A stretch of DNA of 64,000 nt. It comes from a virus (taxonomy: Duplodnaviria; Caudoviricetes). The stretch spans positions 1 through 64,000 of IMG/VR virus record IMGVR_UViG_3300037067_021615; one strand, 5' to 3'. Below, piece after piece: positions 19,120 through 28,597 of the stretch. Each line of letters opens with the position of its first letter. The first letter of the stretch is position 1. The position numbers and the translations under genes were made by a program. The notes under the pieces were generated by a model. It had not been told where the DNA came from and searched no databases. It saw only the letters and a program-made list of their open reading frames with translations.

Positions 19120-19908
19120 TTAGGAAGAAGTTTTTTTAATAAATTGTTCATTATTTAATAATTGGTTCCAACGAAGTATACACATTCTAACATAATTATA
19201 GCAATCAAATCCATATGTTCCGAGAGAATATCCGTCATTTGCCTCTATAAGCATTGTTTCACCTTTATCGGTAATTCCAAAATCAATTCCATAAGATATT
19301 GGTGCTGACTTATATGCTTTTATAGTTTCATCAATAAAATTAAAATCTGGAAAAATTCTATGATTTCCACTGTACTTTCTACAATCATAGATATGACCGT
19401 CTATAATAAACGTTCTATATTCAGAAACAAACTTAACAATATCAGATGACATAATTTCCATTTCCAAATCATCTGTGTGTAAAAATCTGAACATTTCTAA
19501 TTCATCAGCACTGCAAACTATTGTACCTGTAAATAATTTTGCGATTCTTGGTTTAACAAAAATAGGAAATTTATTTTCTTCCATAAGAGATTTTATAGTA
19601 CCTATTCTTATAGTTCTTTTTGTGTATGGATAAAGTTCTTTTGGAACATCAAGCGGTTTTGGAAGAATTTCCAATCCAGCTATTTGCATCCCACGTAATA
19701 CAGCATTAATTCCTCCTAAAACAATTGTATTTTTAGTAATTTCTAATAAACCAATATCATCATAATCAAATTTTTTTGTTGGTATTTTAAGAAATTCACA
19801 TCCCATAAATGCGTTGTAGGTTGCTTCATTTGCAAAATCACCTTTATACATTTGTATATAAGCTTTTTCAATATTATTAATTTGTCTTAATTCGTCTGTA
19901 AATATCAT
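19120..19908 (-). CDS. ATP-grasp protein (R2K/DUF4343-like)
   Basis: FVKP, SEYRTF, IDFG, IEANDGYSLG. Confidence 0.8.
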   Translation of the reverse strand: MIFTDELRQINNIEKAYIQMYKGDFANEATYNAFMGCEFLKIPTKKFDYDDIGLLEITKNTIVLGGINAVLRGMQIAGLEILPKPLDVPKELYPYTKRTIRIGTIKSLMEENKFPIFVKPRIAKLFTGTIVCSADELEMFRFLHTDDLEMEIMSSDIVKFVSEYRTFIIDGHIYDCRKYSGNHRIFPDFNFIDETIKAYKSAPISYGIDFGITDKGETMLIEANDGYSLGTYGFDCYNYVRMCILRWNQLLNNEQFIKKTSS

Positions 19909-19909
19909 A

Positions 19910-20788
19910 TTATTTCTTCTTTATACATTTTGTACATCCTGACTCTGCACGTCTTGTCCTATTGTCAATTCTTCGTTCATATCTTGACCCACATAATGGG
20001 CAAATCCAAAATGCTTTTTCTTTTAAAGCATGTGGAACTTTATCTGCTGAAATACCATTATTTAATTCATCCCATTCTTTAATTAAATTAGGAGTCTTGT
20101 CAGCTATACTAACAAATTTATGTTTACGCATATTTTTTATTTTCATTTGTAAATTAGTACCAGAAGAAAATTCCATCCCAGTTGGTAAAACTTTAAAATC
20201 TAAATCAATAAATTGTATAGCTTTTTTGGGCTCAATAAATATATCTATTGTTTTAGTTGTACCCATTTCAACATTTGTTTCATAAGTATCTACAATTTTT
20301 ATTTTATTTATTTCCCCACATATTGGGAAAGAAATTATTTCTAATTTGTATTTATTGTTAAAAATATTTTCCTTAGATGCTAAACAAGCATAAATTTTTT
20401 TTGGTTTTATTCCAAGTGATTCACAAATTTGTTTTACTGAAATAAAAATTTTTACTTCATCTGGATTTTTGATATTTGTTAATTTTATAATTAATGGTTT
20501 ATTATAGCCATATTTTTCGAATCCGCTTGGGGGATGTGGAGGTCCATTTATTGTTAATAATTCTTTATCTATATTTTTTACAGTTAATTTTGGTACCTCA
20601 TCTTTTTTTTGGGGTTCAACTTTATATTCCTCTTTATTCTGTAAAGATAATTCTAGTGTATTTTCTGAGACAGATATTGAAGGGCTATTTTGAGTAATAG
20701 CTGTTGTAATAAAAGATGTGGATGGTGTTTTTTCTTTTTTTCCAAATAAAAGTTCTAGGAACTTTTTTCTTATAATTTTGAATGACAT
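19910..20788 (-). CDS. protein with C-terminal treble-clef zinc ribbon (DUF4379-like)
   Basis: LIKEWD..N...WICPLCG...R.....GCTKC. Confidence 0.7.
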   Translation of the reverse strand: MSFKIIRKKFLELLFGKKEKTPSTSFITTAITQNSPSISVSENTLELSLQNKEEYKVEPQKKDEVPKLTVKNIDKELLTINGPPHPPSGFEKYGYNKPLIIKLTNIKNPDEVKIFISVKQICESLGIKPKKIYACLASKENIFNNKYKLEIISFPICGEINKIKIVDTYETNVEMGTTKTIDIFIEPKKAIQFIDLDFKVLPTGMEFSSGTNLQMKIKNMRKHKFVSIADKTPNLIKEWDELNNGISADKVPHALKEKAFWICPLCGSRYERRIDNRTRRAESGCTKCIKKK

Positions 20789-20870
20789 GGTCGCAACAAT
20801 TTATACACAAATATAATAATAATTTATTGAAGTACAAAATATATTATTATAATTGATTTATAAATATTCG

Positions 20871-21557
20871 CTATACCTTTTCTAATATTATGTTTAATAA
20901 TTTTACAGATATGTCTAATTTACCAACACAATTTGTAATTCTTTTGTTTTTGTCAACAATATAAGCAATATGTTCATTTTTTTCTTTCATTTCTGATTTA
21001 TCATTTGCTATGACAAAATCACAATTGTTTTTTATTAATGATTCATAAGCAATATCGATTAGCTCTTCTGTGGTTTTATTAACTTCAAATTTAAAACCAA
21101 TTAATTTTACTCTGGGATTCCATTTTTTAACAAATGAAATAATCTTTGGATTAACCACAATTCGGTCTCTAAGTGAATCTACAAAAGCTTGTGGGTCATT
21201 ACTTTTGAGTTTTATATTAGAAAGTTTAAACCCAAAATCAGAAACTGCCATGGAGTGAATTACAATATCAACTTGTGGCACAAGTTTTTCCATTATATCA
21301 TAGACTTCTTTTGTACTATCTACAGTAATAATTTCAATATCAGGATTCATCATTGGATAGTTGGGGTTTTTTAAATAAACTGGAAGCCTTGAATCCTTTG
21401 CACAAATATAATAAATTTTTTCGACTTCATCTCTTACATTTTCATAAAAAAATACTTGAGCTATTTGTGCCCCTAATTTCCCAGTGCTTATATTTGTTAG
21501 TACTCGAACTTCATCAATATGTTCACGGGTACCACCTGCTGTAATAAGAATTTTCAT
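20871..21557 (-). CDS. coaB: phosphopantothenate-cysteine ligase
   Basis: ITAGGTREHIDEVR..TN.STGKLG, HSMAVSDF, GFKFE, VIAND. Confidence 0.9.
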   Translation of the reverse strand: MKILITAGGTREHIDEVRVLTNISTGKLGAQIAQVFFYENVRDEVEKIYYICAKDSRLPVYLKNPNYPMMNPDIEIITVDSTKEVYDIMEKLVPQVDIVIHSMAVSDFGFKLSNIKLKSNDPQAFVDSLRDRIVVNPKIISFVKKWNPRVKLIGFKFEVNKTTEELIDIAYESLIKNNCDFVIANDKSEMKEKNEHIAYIVDKNKRITNCVGKLDISVKLLNIILEKV

Positions 21558-21832
21558 TTTAAATATCTTTTTAAATTAATTCCAACATCATTTAAAGTCT
21601 TTTTAAAATGGGTATAATTTTTAAATACTACTCTTGAATCTATAGGAGCCCTATAAAAAAATTTAATTCCCATTTCTACTTTTTCCATTATCTCAGTGGT
21701 CATTTTTTTTCTTAAAGTTTGGGGAGCTTTGTCAAAAAAACTTCCAACAAAAAGTTCTTCTATAAAAAGCAATTTTCGTTTTTCTTTGTGTTCTTTAGTA
21801 ATTATTGACCCATTATGATATATATCTGGCAT
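21554..21832 (-). CDS. hypothetical protein between coaC and coaB
   Basis: Translationally coupled ORF. Confidence 0.6.
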   Translation of the reverse strand: MPDIYHNGSIITKEHKEKRKLLFIEELFVGSFFDKAPQTLRKKMTTEIMEKVEMGIKFFYRAPIDSRVVFKNYTHFKKTLNDVGINLKRYLK

Positions 21833-21835
21833 AAT

Positions 21836-22933
21836 TTATTTTTTTCTAAACTGATAATAATACTTCATTGCTCTTATAAGAAAAGGGGTGGGATTAAGTA
21901 AACCTTCTGGTAAATCTTGACTCCAAGATTTATCAATGTTTTTATAAAATCCTGGATTTCTTAGTTCTAAATGTAGCATACTAGTTGGCCTGCCTTTATC
22001 TTTTTTGAGAACCTGAAGAACTGTCCCAAGTAAATCTCCTGATTTCACTTCGTCTCCAATTTTTAATTTTGAGTTAACCAAAATCTCTCCATAAACAACA
22101 AGTCCATCTGTTCCTTCTATAGAAATTGCGTCAGTATCATTCCACCAATCACAATTAGCTGCCACTCCAGTCCATGGTCGGATATCTTTAATAATTCCAT
22201 TTTGGACAGCATAAACAGGACTTCCAACTGGAGCATATAAATCAACCCCTCGATGTCTATCAAATCTTCTCATTGCGCCAAATGCTCCAAAATGATATTT
22301 TATAGGTATTTCAACTTCTTTTTCGAGATTTATTCTAAGAAAAGAATTTGAATCTTCTGTAATTTTGGTAGGCATTAATTCCAATGGCCATACCCATGGT
22401 TTTTTTGTATCTAATAATTCAATAATTTCTTCAACAATAGTTCTTGGGTTTGGGAGTTTCCCAATTCCAACAGCACCACAAGCAAGTTCTCCAGAAACAG
22501 GCTCTATAATATGACATCCATTATTTTCAAGTCTCTGAATATTTTCTGTACATATGTTACTTTCATACATTATTGTATTCATTGCTGGGCAAATAATTTT
22601 TGGAATACCTTTTGGTATTGCAATAAAAGTAGAAGATACAAAATCATCAGCAATTCCATGTGCAAATTTTGCAATAATATTTGCAGTTGCAGGAACGCAT
22701 ACAAAAGCGTCACAACTTTGAGCTTCTTTAATATGTGCAATTGTATTTACATCATCATCTGTGATATAATATCCGCCAGAAATGGCACCGAGAACTGTGG
22801 GGGTTATAAAATTTAAAGCGTTTTTTGTGGTAATAACATGAACTTCATAACCACTATGCTTAAAGCCACTAATTACATCTACTGCTTTATATGCAGATAT
22901 TCCACCAGAAATAGCCACTAATATAGTTTTCAT
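21836..22933 (-). CDS. coaC: phosphopantothenoylcysteine decarboxylase fused to an M23-peptidase-like domain
   Basis: N-terminal SGGISAYK, PATAN, PAMN, LACG..G.GKL; C-terminal HRGVDLYAP.GSPVYA, V..GD.LG, MLHLE, NP. Confidence 0.88.
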   Translation of the reverse strand: MKTILVAISGGISAYKAVDVISGFKHSGYEVHVITTKNALNFITPTVLGAISGGYYITDDDVNTIAHIKEAQSCDAFVCVPATANIIAKFAHGIADDFVSSTFIAIPKGIPKIICPAMNTIMYESNICTENIQRLENNGCHIIEPVSGELACGAVGIGKLPNPRTIVEEIIELLDTKKPWVWPLELMPTKITEDSNSFLRINLEKEVEIPIKYHFGAFGAMRRFDRHRGVDLYAPVGSPVYAVQNGIIKDIRPWTGVAANCDWWNDTDAISIEGTDGLVVYGEILVNSKLKIGDEVKSGDLLGTVLQVLKKDKGRPTSMLHLELRNPGFYKNIDKSWSQDLPEGLLNPTPFLIRAMKYYYQFRKK

Positions 22934-22936
22934 AAC

Positions 22937-23455
22937 TTATTTTAAATCAAAATTGAAATTATTTTTTATAGATTTTTTTGGAACAATTATTTTTGCACCA
23001 CAATCTCCTGTCGGAATTCCCCAAAGTAAATTATTTTTATTAGCAAAGTCATTAGCAAGGAATTCTATTCTTGGCTGTGTTGAATCTTGTTCTATTATGA
23101 TAATATTATCTTTTGCTTCTATTTTATCCATAGTCATACCTTCACCATTTTTTCGATAATAATAGTAATAAGGAGTTGTAGTAATGTTTCCAAATCCCAA
23201 GTAAAAAGAGCCTGATGTTCCAAACACATCTTCCATAGAATAAATTGGCACCATATTTTCTATTGTGGTTTTTTTAGGAAAAAAGAGTCCAATAAATACT
23301 GCCAGCACAACACCCAATAAGCATCCTAAAAAAATTGCTATAATAGGGCGAAATATACACGCTTGTACTTTCGATGTATGAGTTTTCCAATTTTTTTTTA
23401 TAGTTATACCTGCTATAACCAAGGCTATTAAAATAGTAATAAGAATTATAATCAT
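22937..23455 (-). CDS. membrane protein with two TM helices
   Basis: Hydrophobic N-terminus; first gene after a class II promoter. Confidence 0.7.
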   Translation of the reverse strand: MIIILITILIALVIAGITIKKNWKTHTSKVQACIFRPIIAIFLGCLLGVVLAVFIGLFFPKKTTIENMVPIYSMEDVFGTSGSFYLGFGNITTTPYYYYYRKNGEGMTMDKIEAKDNIIIIEQDSTQPRIEFLANDFANKNNLLWGIPTGDCGAKIIVPKKSIKNNFNFDLK

Positions 23456-23556
23456 AATTTATAAAATTTAATTTCTATTAAGGTTTACGAAAAAAAAATA
23501 AAAAAGTTACAAAACAAATGATTCAATTTTTCATATATTTATAAAAAATATAAAAG

Positions 23557-24096
23557 ATGATTACTGAAAATTATAAAATTAGACTACAAGAACTTGCTGG
23601 TATAAATAAAAGCAAAGAGGTTCTATTTTTGGTTGGATTGCCTGGCTCTGGAAAATCAACATTTATAAAAGCATTAAAAAGAAAAAATCCCGATAAAGAA
23701 TATATTATTGCTTCTTTTGATGATGTGACAGAAAAATTGGGTACCAAATTAGGGATGGGATATAATGATGCATATGCTCATTTTAATTTTGCAGCTGATA
23801 TTATTCCTATATATAACAAAACGATAGAAAAGGCAATAAAAAAAGGCAAAAACGTAATAATAGATGATACAAATCTAAAAAAGCGTGATAGAGAAGAAAC
23901 TCTAAAAAAATTTCCAAATGATTATAAAAAAATCGCAATAGTTTTTAATGTTCAGCCAGATGAATTAAAAAAAAGGTTAGACAAGAGAAAAAAACAAACG
24001 GGGAAATATATTCCTGATGAAGTAATAGAGAGAATGAGAAATTATTATGCACCACCATCAAAAGAAGAAGGATTTGATAAAATAATAAAGTTATAA
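23557..24096 (+). CDS. P-loop kinase (AAA_33 / polynucleotide-kinase-like)
   Basis: GLPGSGKST, IIDDTN, R...R; N-terminal RLQELAGI. Confidence 0.85.
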   Translation: MITENYKIRLQELAGINKSKEVLFLVGLPGSGKSTFIKALKRKNPDKEYIIASFDDVTEKLGTKLGMGYNDAYAHFNFAADIIPIYNKTIEKAIKKGKNVIIDDTNLKKRDREETLKKFPNDYKKIAIVFNVQPDELKKRLDKRKKQTGKYIPDEVIERMRNYYAPPSKEEGFDKIIKL

Positions 24097-24144
24097 AACA
24101 AGTTCTTTATAATATGTAAGTTTTATGTTTTAGCTACAATAAAC

Positions 24145-24177
24145 AAAAAATCCTTCAAACATTTGAAGGATTTTTTG
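24145..24177. terminator. bidirectional intrinsic terminator
   Basis: AAAAAATCCTTCAAA-CA-TTTGAAGGATTTTTT. Confidence 0.85.
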
Positions 24178-24202
24178 TAAATCATAGATATTTTAAGTAT
24201 TG

Positions 24203-24661
24203 TTAAGAACCATAGCGTGAGAATGCCACATATATATTTCTATCTTGTGTGATATTTGATAATGTATAAACAGTTGTTGCAGATGGTGTTGATATCGTCA
24301 TTGAGGTTCCATTAATAGTATAAGCAGAAAGATAATAATTAACTTGTGGATATACAGAAAATGACAAATTCATTGCTTCAGCAACTGATACAGACCCCCC
24401 ACTTAAAGATGTAGTTCCACCAGTTGCGCCTTTGGTTGCTGAAACCACAAAATAAAATTCTGGAGTTGGGTCTGGGTCTATTCCAATATGCGCTTGTTCA
24501 TGAATCATTGCTTCTTCATGAGAATTCAAGTTAAGTTGAGATAAACTAGTTACTTCTGGGAGATTAATGGTATCATATGCTGCAAGCCATTTTTTGTAAG
24601 AGAATCCATTTATTTTAACATGAATCCATTTTCCTTTTGCTGATTTATTTTGTAGTTTCAT
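24203..24661 (-). CDS. putative virion protein with Ig-like C-terminal domain
   Basis: Thr/Ser-rich beta-strand C-terminus (YTLSNITQDRNIYVAF); late motif upstream. Confidence 0.55.
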   Translation of the reverse strand: MKLQNKSAKGKWIHVKINGFSYKKWLAAYDTINLPEVTSLSQLNLNSHEEAMIHEQAHIGIDPDPTPEFYFVVSATKGATGGTTSLSGGSVSVAEAMNLSFSVYPQVNYYLSAYTINGTSMTISTPSATTVYTLSNITQDRNIYVAFSRYGS

Positions 24662-24715
24662 AATTTTAATATTTTTTTATAAATAGTATTTTTTTTTCAA
24701 AATTCTTATGGTATT

Positions 24716-25219
24716 TTAAAAATTTTTAGACTTATTGTTTGATACTCCATCTTTTCTACTTTCTCCAGGAGGAATATAGGTTAGCTCTTGATTTATATTA
24801 TCATTACGTAATTCAAATTCTTCTTGTGATTCTTTTCCAAAATTAGCAGTTTTAGGAGATGGTTTAATTTCTCTATCTAGATTTTTTTTTGCAGCTTCTG
24901 TAGACCCGTATATTCCGCAGCTCTCTTCTATGCCTTCTGACTCATATATATTTGTTCTAGTTGCTGCATTTGGATTATTAAAATCAGGAACTTCAAAATT
25001 ATTTTTTATTTCTTCTTCTTTTTCTTCTTCAGGTTCATTTTTATCTAAATAGGATTGAATTTGATTATAATAATTTATAGAATCATCAATTCCTTTTCTA
25101 GGAATTTTAAATAATGCCATATTAGTAGCAATTTGTTCAGCAGCAGAAGATTGAAAGCCTAAGCTTTCAAATAGATTATTTATTTCTTCTCGTATTAACT
25201 TTCTTAATTTATTTTTCAT
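24716..25219 (-). CDS. late-class acidic protein
   Basis: LRKLIREEINNLFES leader. Confidence 0.65.
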   Translation of the reverse strand: MKNKLRKLIREEINNLFESLGFQSSAAEQIATNMALFKIPRKGIDDSINYYNQIQSYLDKNEPEEEKEEEIKNNFEVPDFNNPNAATRTNIYESEGIEESCGIYGSTEAAKKNLDREIKPSPKTANFGKESQEEFELRNDNINQELTYIPPGESRKDGVSNNKSKNF

Positions 25220-25257
25220 GATATCTATTTTTTATAAATATCTATAAAAAGCAACAT

Positions 25258-25701
25258 TTAAGAAACTCCAGCTAATTTTTTCATCTTATCTTTATCTTCT
25301 TGATTATTCAGAAACTTGGCAATATCCGATAAACTATCAAAAACTTTTGCCCCATTTTTTTTAACTAATTCTTTAACTTGATTAAGTGATTTCATTTCCG
25401 ATTTGTCAAATTCTTTATTATCGTCTTTTTCAAGAACACAAAATATTGTTGTTTCTGGTCTTAAATTTGAATCTTGTACCACTTCGGCAATTGAATAAAC
25501 TCCTTTCATTAGGGGAGTTATTACATAAAGAACAAATTTGGCTGTTTTTCTTTGTTCTACTTCTTTTTTTTGAGCTTCTTCATTCCAATCTTTAACTACT
25601 GGATTAAAATATGGTACTTTGAGGTCTTTAATTAATCTTTCTCTCCACGTGGAATCATTACATGTACCACCTAAAAATATGTTTGGATTATCTTTTTTCA
25701 T
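25258..25701 (-). CDS. nucleoside 2-deoxyribosyltransferase-like (TIR/NDT fold) protein
   Basis: IFLGGT..STWR, YFNP...DW, YSIAE. Confidence 0.75.
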   Translation of the reverse strand: MKKDNPNIFLGGTCNDSTWRERLIKDLKVPYFNPVVKDWNEEAQKKEVEQRKTAKFVLYVITPLMKGVYSIAEVVQDSNLRPETTIFCVLEKDDNKEFDKSEMKSLNQVKELVKKNGAKVFDSLSDIAKFLNNQEDKDKMKKLAGVS

Positions 25702-25776
25702 AATTTTTATTTAAAAAATAGCAAAATGAATTTGAATTATAAATGCTTTTTTATTATATTTATAATAAAATATATT

Positions 25777-26322
25777 ATGAAAAAAATTATTGTGGTTTTA
25801 GGGCTACCTTGCTCAGGAAAAGATACTCATGCTAAATTATTAGCGAATAAGCTAAATTATAAATATTGTTCTTCAAATGATATTATTGCAGAAGAAATAA
25901 AAAATAAAACAAAAATTGGTTTGATTATGGAAAAATACTTAAATTCTAAAACATCAGCTCCAGATGAATATTTAATTATGCTAATAAAAGAAATAATTAT
26001 TAATCTTAAAGAAGATGGAATTATATTTAACAATTTTCCACAAACAGTTAATCAAGCAAAAGCATTAGACTCTTTTCTTTTTACAAAGAAAACAAATAGA
26101 CCTATTCCAATATTTTTAGAAGCAGATTTAGTTACTATATTAAACCGTGTCACTGAAAAATTAGAAAGTAAAGAAGTTGATTCTTTTAAAAACACTATGA
26201 ATTTTTATGAAAAAAAAACAAAACCTATAATCGATTATTACACAGCAATTATGTCAAAATTTGATACTTCTAAAGATAGTATAGATAAAATTAATGAAGA
26301 AATAATGCAAAAAATAAAATAA
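25777..26322 (+). CDS. adk: adenylate-kinase-like NMP kinase (divergent); start MKKIIVV
   Basis: GLPCSGKDT, PDE, FPQTVNQA. Confidence 0.75.
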   Translation: MKKIIVVLGLPCSGKDTHAKLLANKLNYKYCSSNDIIAEEIKNKTKIGLIMEKYLNSKTSAPDEYLIMLIKEIIINLKEDGIIFNNFPQTVNQAKALDSFLFTKKTNRPIPIFLEADLVTILNRVTEKLESKEVDSFKNTMNFYEKKTKPIIDYYTAIMSKFDTSKDSIDKINEEIMQKIK

Positions 26323-26328
26323 AATAAG

Positions 26329-26829
26329 ATGTTTATTAACTTAATTGTTGCAAATTCGCAAAATGGTGTAATTGGAAAAGATGGAAATATGCCATGGAAT
26401 ATTCCACAAGAATTGACAAGATTTCAACAACTAACAAATGGCTCTATTGTTATAATGGGAAGAAGAACATATGAATCAATTGGAAAACCTCTAAAAAATC
26501 GTTACAATTTTATTATATCGCAAAGTAATTTATGTATTAAAGGTATCTATCAATTTAGCAATATTGAAGATGCTCTTAAGTATGCGAAAGAAAAATTGCC
26601 TAATTATGCTATTTTTGTAATAGGGGGAGCAAGTATTTACAAACAGTTTTTAGAGCAAAATTTAATAGATAGAATATACCAAACTATCATAAAAAAAGAT
26701 ATAGAAGGGGATGCAGTCTTTTCTTTTAATAAAGAAAACTGGAACATCGTAGGAGATATTCCAGTTAAATTGTTAAGTTATAAAGAACTTATTGATTGTT
26801 CTTATATAACTTGGGAAAGAAAAAATTAA
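26329..26829 (+). CDS. folA: dihydrofolate reductase
   Basis: NGVIGKDGNMPW, IMGRRTYESIG.PL.NR, IGGA.IY, EGD. Confidence 0.95.
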   Translation: MFINLIVANSQNGVIGKDGNMPWNIPQELTRFQQLTNGSIVIMGRRTYESIGKPLKNRYNFIISQSNLCIKGIYQFSNIEDALKYAKEKLPNYAIFVIGGASIYKQFLEQNLIDRIYQTIIKKDIEGDAVFSFNKENWNIVGDIPVKLLSYKELIDCSYITWERKN

Positions 26830-27644
26830 ATAATATTATCAATTTTGCATATAGGTGGCATTTGCATTTTATGCTCATTTGCAAAATGTCTTGTTTTATA
26901 AATCAATAGAACCTCTTGCTCTCGTTGAGATAATGTGCTAAGGTCTTCTGGTGAGTAATCAAAGTGTCGTGGATTATTTTCGACATACTCCATCGCTTGC
27001 TCTAATTCGTCATAGGTGGCTTTTATCTGGTCCTCGTCTCCACGTCCGTCATCCCAAAGGCCATCCGTTGGTTTGGCTATAACAATTTCCTCTAAAACAC
27101 CCATGTATTTGCCCAATTTACGAACTTCACTTTTCATAAGGTCCCCTATTGGTGATATATCAACCTGAGAGTCCCCTCCCTTTGTACAAAAACCAATTCC
27201 AAAGTCTTCGACCTTGTTCCCAGTTCCAAGTACAAGACAATTCTTAATAGAAGCATAATAATATAATGCAACCATTCTTAATCTTGACCTAGTGTTTGCT
27301 TCTGCTAAGTTCTGTTTTTCTAAATTATCATGCTTTTCTACATCAAATAGAAAGCAATTAAATGTGTCTGTTAAATCGCAATTTATTGTTTCTACATTAG
27401 AAAAATTATCCATCAACCACTTGATGTGATTACTTGCTCTATTTACTTCATCCGATTTCTGACGAATCGGCATCTGAATTGTATATAATTTCAATCCAGT
27501 TTTTGCGGCCAGAGTGGAAACAACGGCTGAATCAACTCCTCCAGATATTCCTATAACAAATCCTTGCATTTTAATGTTTTCTGCATGTTTTTTTAGCCAA
27601 GCAACAATATGTGCTTCAACTTTTGAATAATCTAAATTTTTCAT
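26826..27644 (-). CDS. nadE: NH3-dependent NAD+ synthetase; start MKNLDYS
   Basis: GISGGVDSAVV, NTRSRLRM, GTGNKVE, TKGGD, KSEV, PTDGLW. Confidence 0.95.
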   Translation of the reverse strand: MKNLDYSKVEAHIVAWLKKHAENIKMQGFVIGISGGVDSAVVSTLAAKTGLKLYTIQMPIRQKSDEVNRASNHIKWLMDNFSNVETINCDLTDTFNCFLFDVEKHDNLEKQNLAEANTRSRLRMVALYYYASIKNCLVLGTGNKVEDFGIGFCTKGGDSQVDISPIGDLMKSEVRKLGKYMGVLEEIVIAKPTDGLWDDGRGDEDQIKATYDELEQAMEYVENNPRHFDYSPEDLSTLSQREQEVLLIYKTRHFANEHKMQMPPICKIDNII

Positions 27645-27648
27645 ATAA

Positions 27649-27996
27649 TTAGTTTTTATTTTTTGAAATGTTTTTACCATCAATTCTTCGCTGAATAACA
27701 AATTTTCGTTTACCTTGGCAAAATTTTGCCCATTGTTTTTCGCCTAGTCGCAATTTTAAGTCTTCGGGAGTTATAAATCCATGCCATCCAATAAAATTAT
27801 GTTTATTATATTCTTGTTCTCTGCCACTACTCCAAGTTATATATCCTAAATCTTTGAATTTATATTTTTCGTATTCAGATTTGGTTTCTTCTGAAACATC
27901 ATTTCGCATTGGCTTTACTTCAACAATTATTATTATGTTTTGTAAAGGTTTTTTGTTTCTCTCAACTCCTATATTTGCATAATATTTATTTTTCAT
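27649..27996 (-). CDS. hypothetical protein; start MKNKYYA
   Basis: ORF directly upstream of nadE. Confidence 0.6.
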   Translation of the reverse strand: MKNKYYANIGVERNKKPLQNIIIIVEVKPMRNDVSEETKSEYEKYKFKDLGYITWSSGREQEYNKHNFIGWHGFITPEDLKLRLGEKQWAKFCQGKRKFVIQRRIDGKNISKNKN

Positions 27997-28177
27997 ATTT
28001 TCCTCCCAATACAATTCTACTTTCATTTATATCAAGCTCATAATCAAAATATGTTTTTCCATGAAACATCAAGAATTCGCCACCATGTTTACTATTATTA
28101 TCCCATTTGGCTATTTCCCATTCATTTTTTATTGAATATCTTATTTTAACCCAATAATAACCATTTTCTCTAATCAT
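27986..28177 (-). CDS. small hypothetical protein
   Basis: First gene after class II promoter 28199-28226. Confidence 0.6.
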   Translation of the reverse strand: MIRENGYYWVKIRYSIKNEWEIAKWDNNSKHGGEFLMFHGKTYFDYELDINESRIVLGGKYEK

Positions 28178-28315
28178 AGGTTTATAAGTTTTTTATATTA
28201 TACGTCGTTTGTTTAAATTTGTTACAGAAAACCATATTCTATATGTTAAAACTATGATAATTAAAGTAATAAAATATGGGCTAAAGTACGATTATCTGCA
28301 ACCGTTATAAGCCAT

Positions 28316-28459
28316 TTACTTTCCAAATTGTTGCTTACCTTTATTTTTTTTATTTTTCTTCCACGATTTTAACATACCTTCTTCATGTTTCTTCATGTGT
28401 TCATTAAAAGTAAGCAACCCACGTTTTATTCTATTTTCTTCTTTCTTTTTCTTATTCAT
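28316..28459 (-). CDS. 47-aa Lys-rich protein (MNKKKKEENRIK...), not in ORF track
   Basis: Manual translation; bracketed by GTTATAAGCC / GGCTTATAAC. Confidence 0.5.
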   Translation of the reverse strand: MNKKKKEENRIKRGLLTFNEHMKKHEEGMLKSWKKNKKNKGKQQFGK

Positions 28460-28483
28460 ATTAGTATCATTTTAATTAAAAAC

Positions 28484-28540
28484 GGCTTATAACAAAGTGT
28501 AAAAAACATTAAAACATTTTTTTACATTCAACCGCTATAG
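28484..28540 (+). other. attC-like site (integron-cassette type)
   Basis: RYYYAAC-like TTATAAC, inner inverted repeat TGTAAAAAA/TTTTTTACA, degenerate core GCTATAG. Confidence 0.5.
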
Positions 28541-28597
28541 TCAATTAAATGAGTTCACAGTAGAATCCAGTCATTGTATCTAATAAGCCGATTGGGA

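Noticed and set aside
21836-22933. EpiD-like lantibiotic decarboxylase
   Set aside because: CoaB is adjacent and no lanthipeptide genes are present; CoaC is more parsimonious
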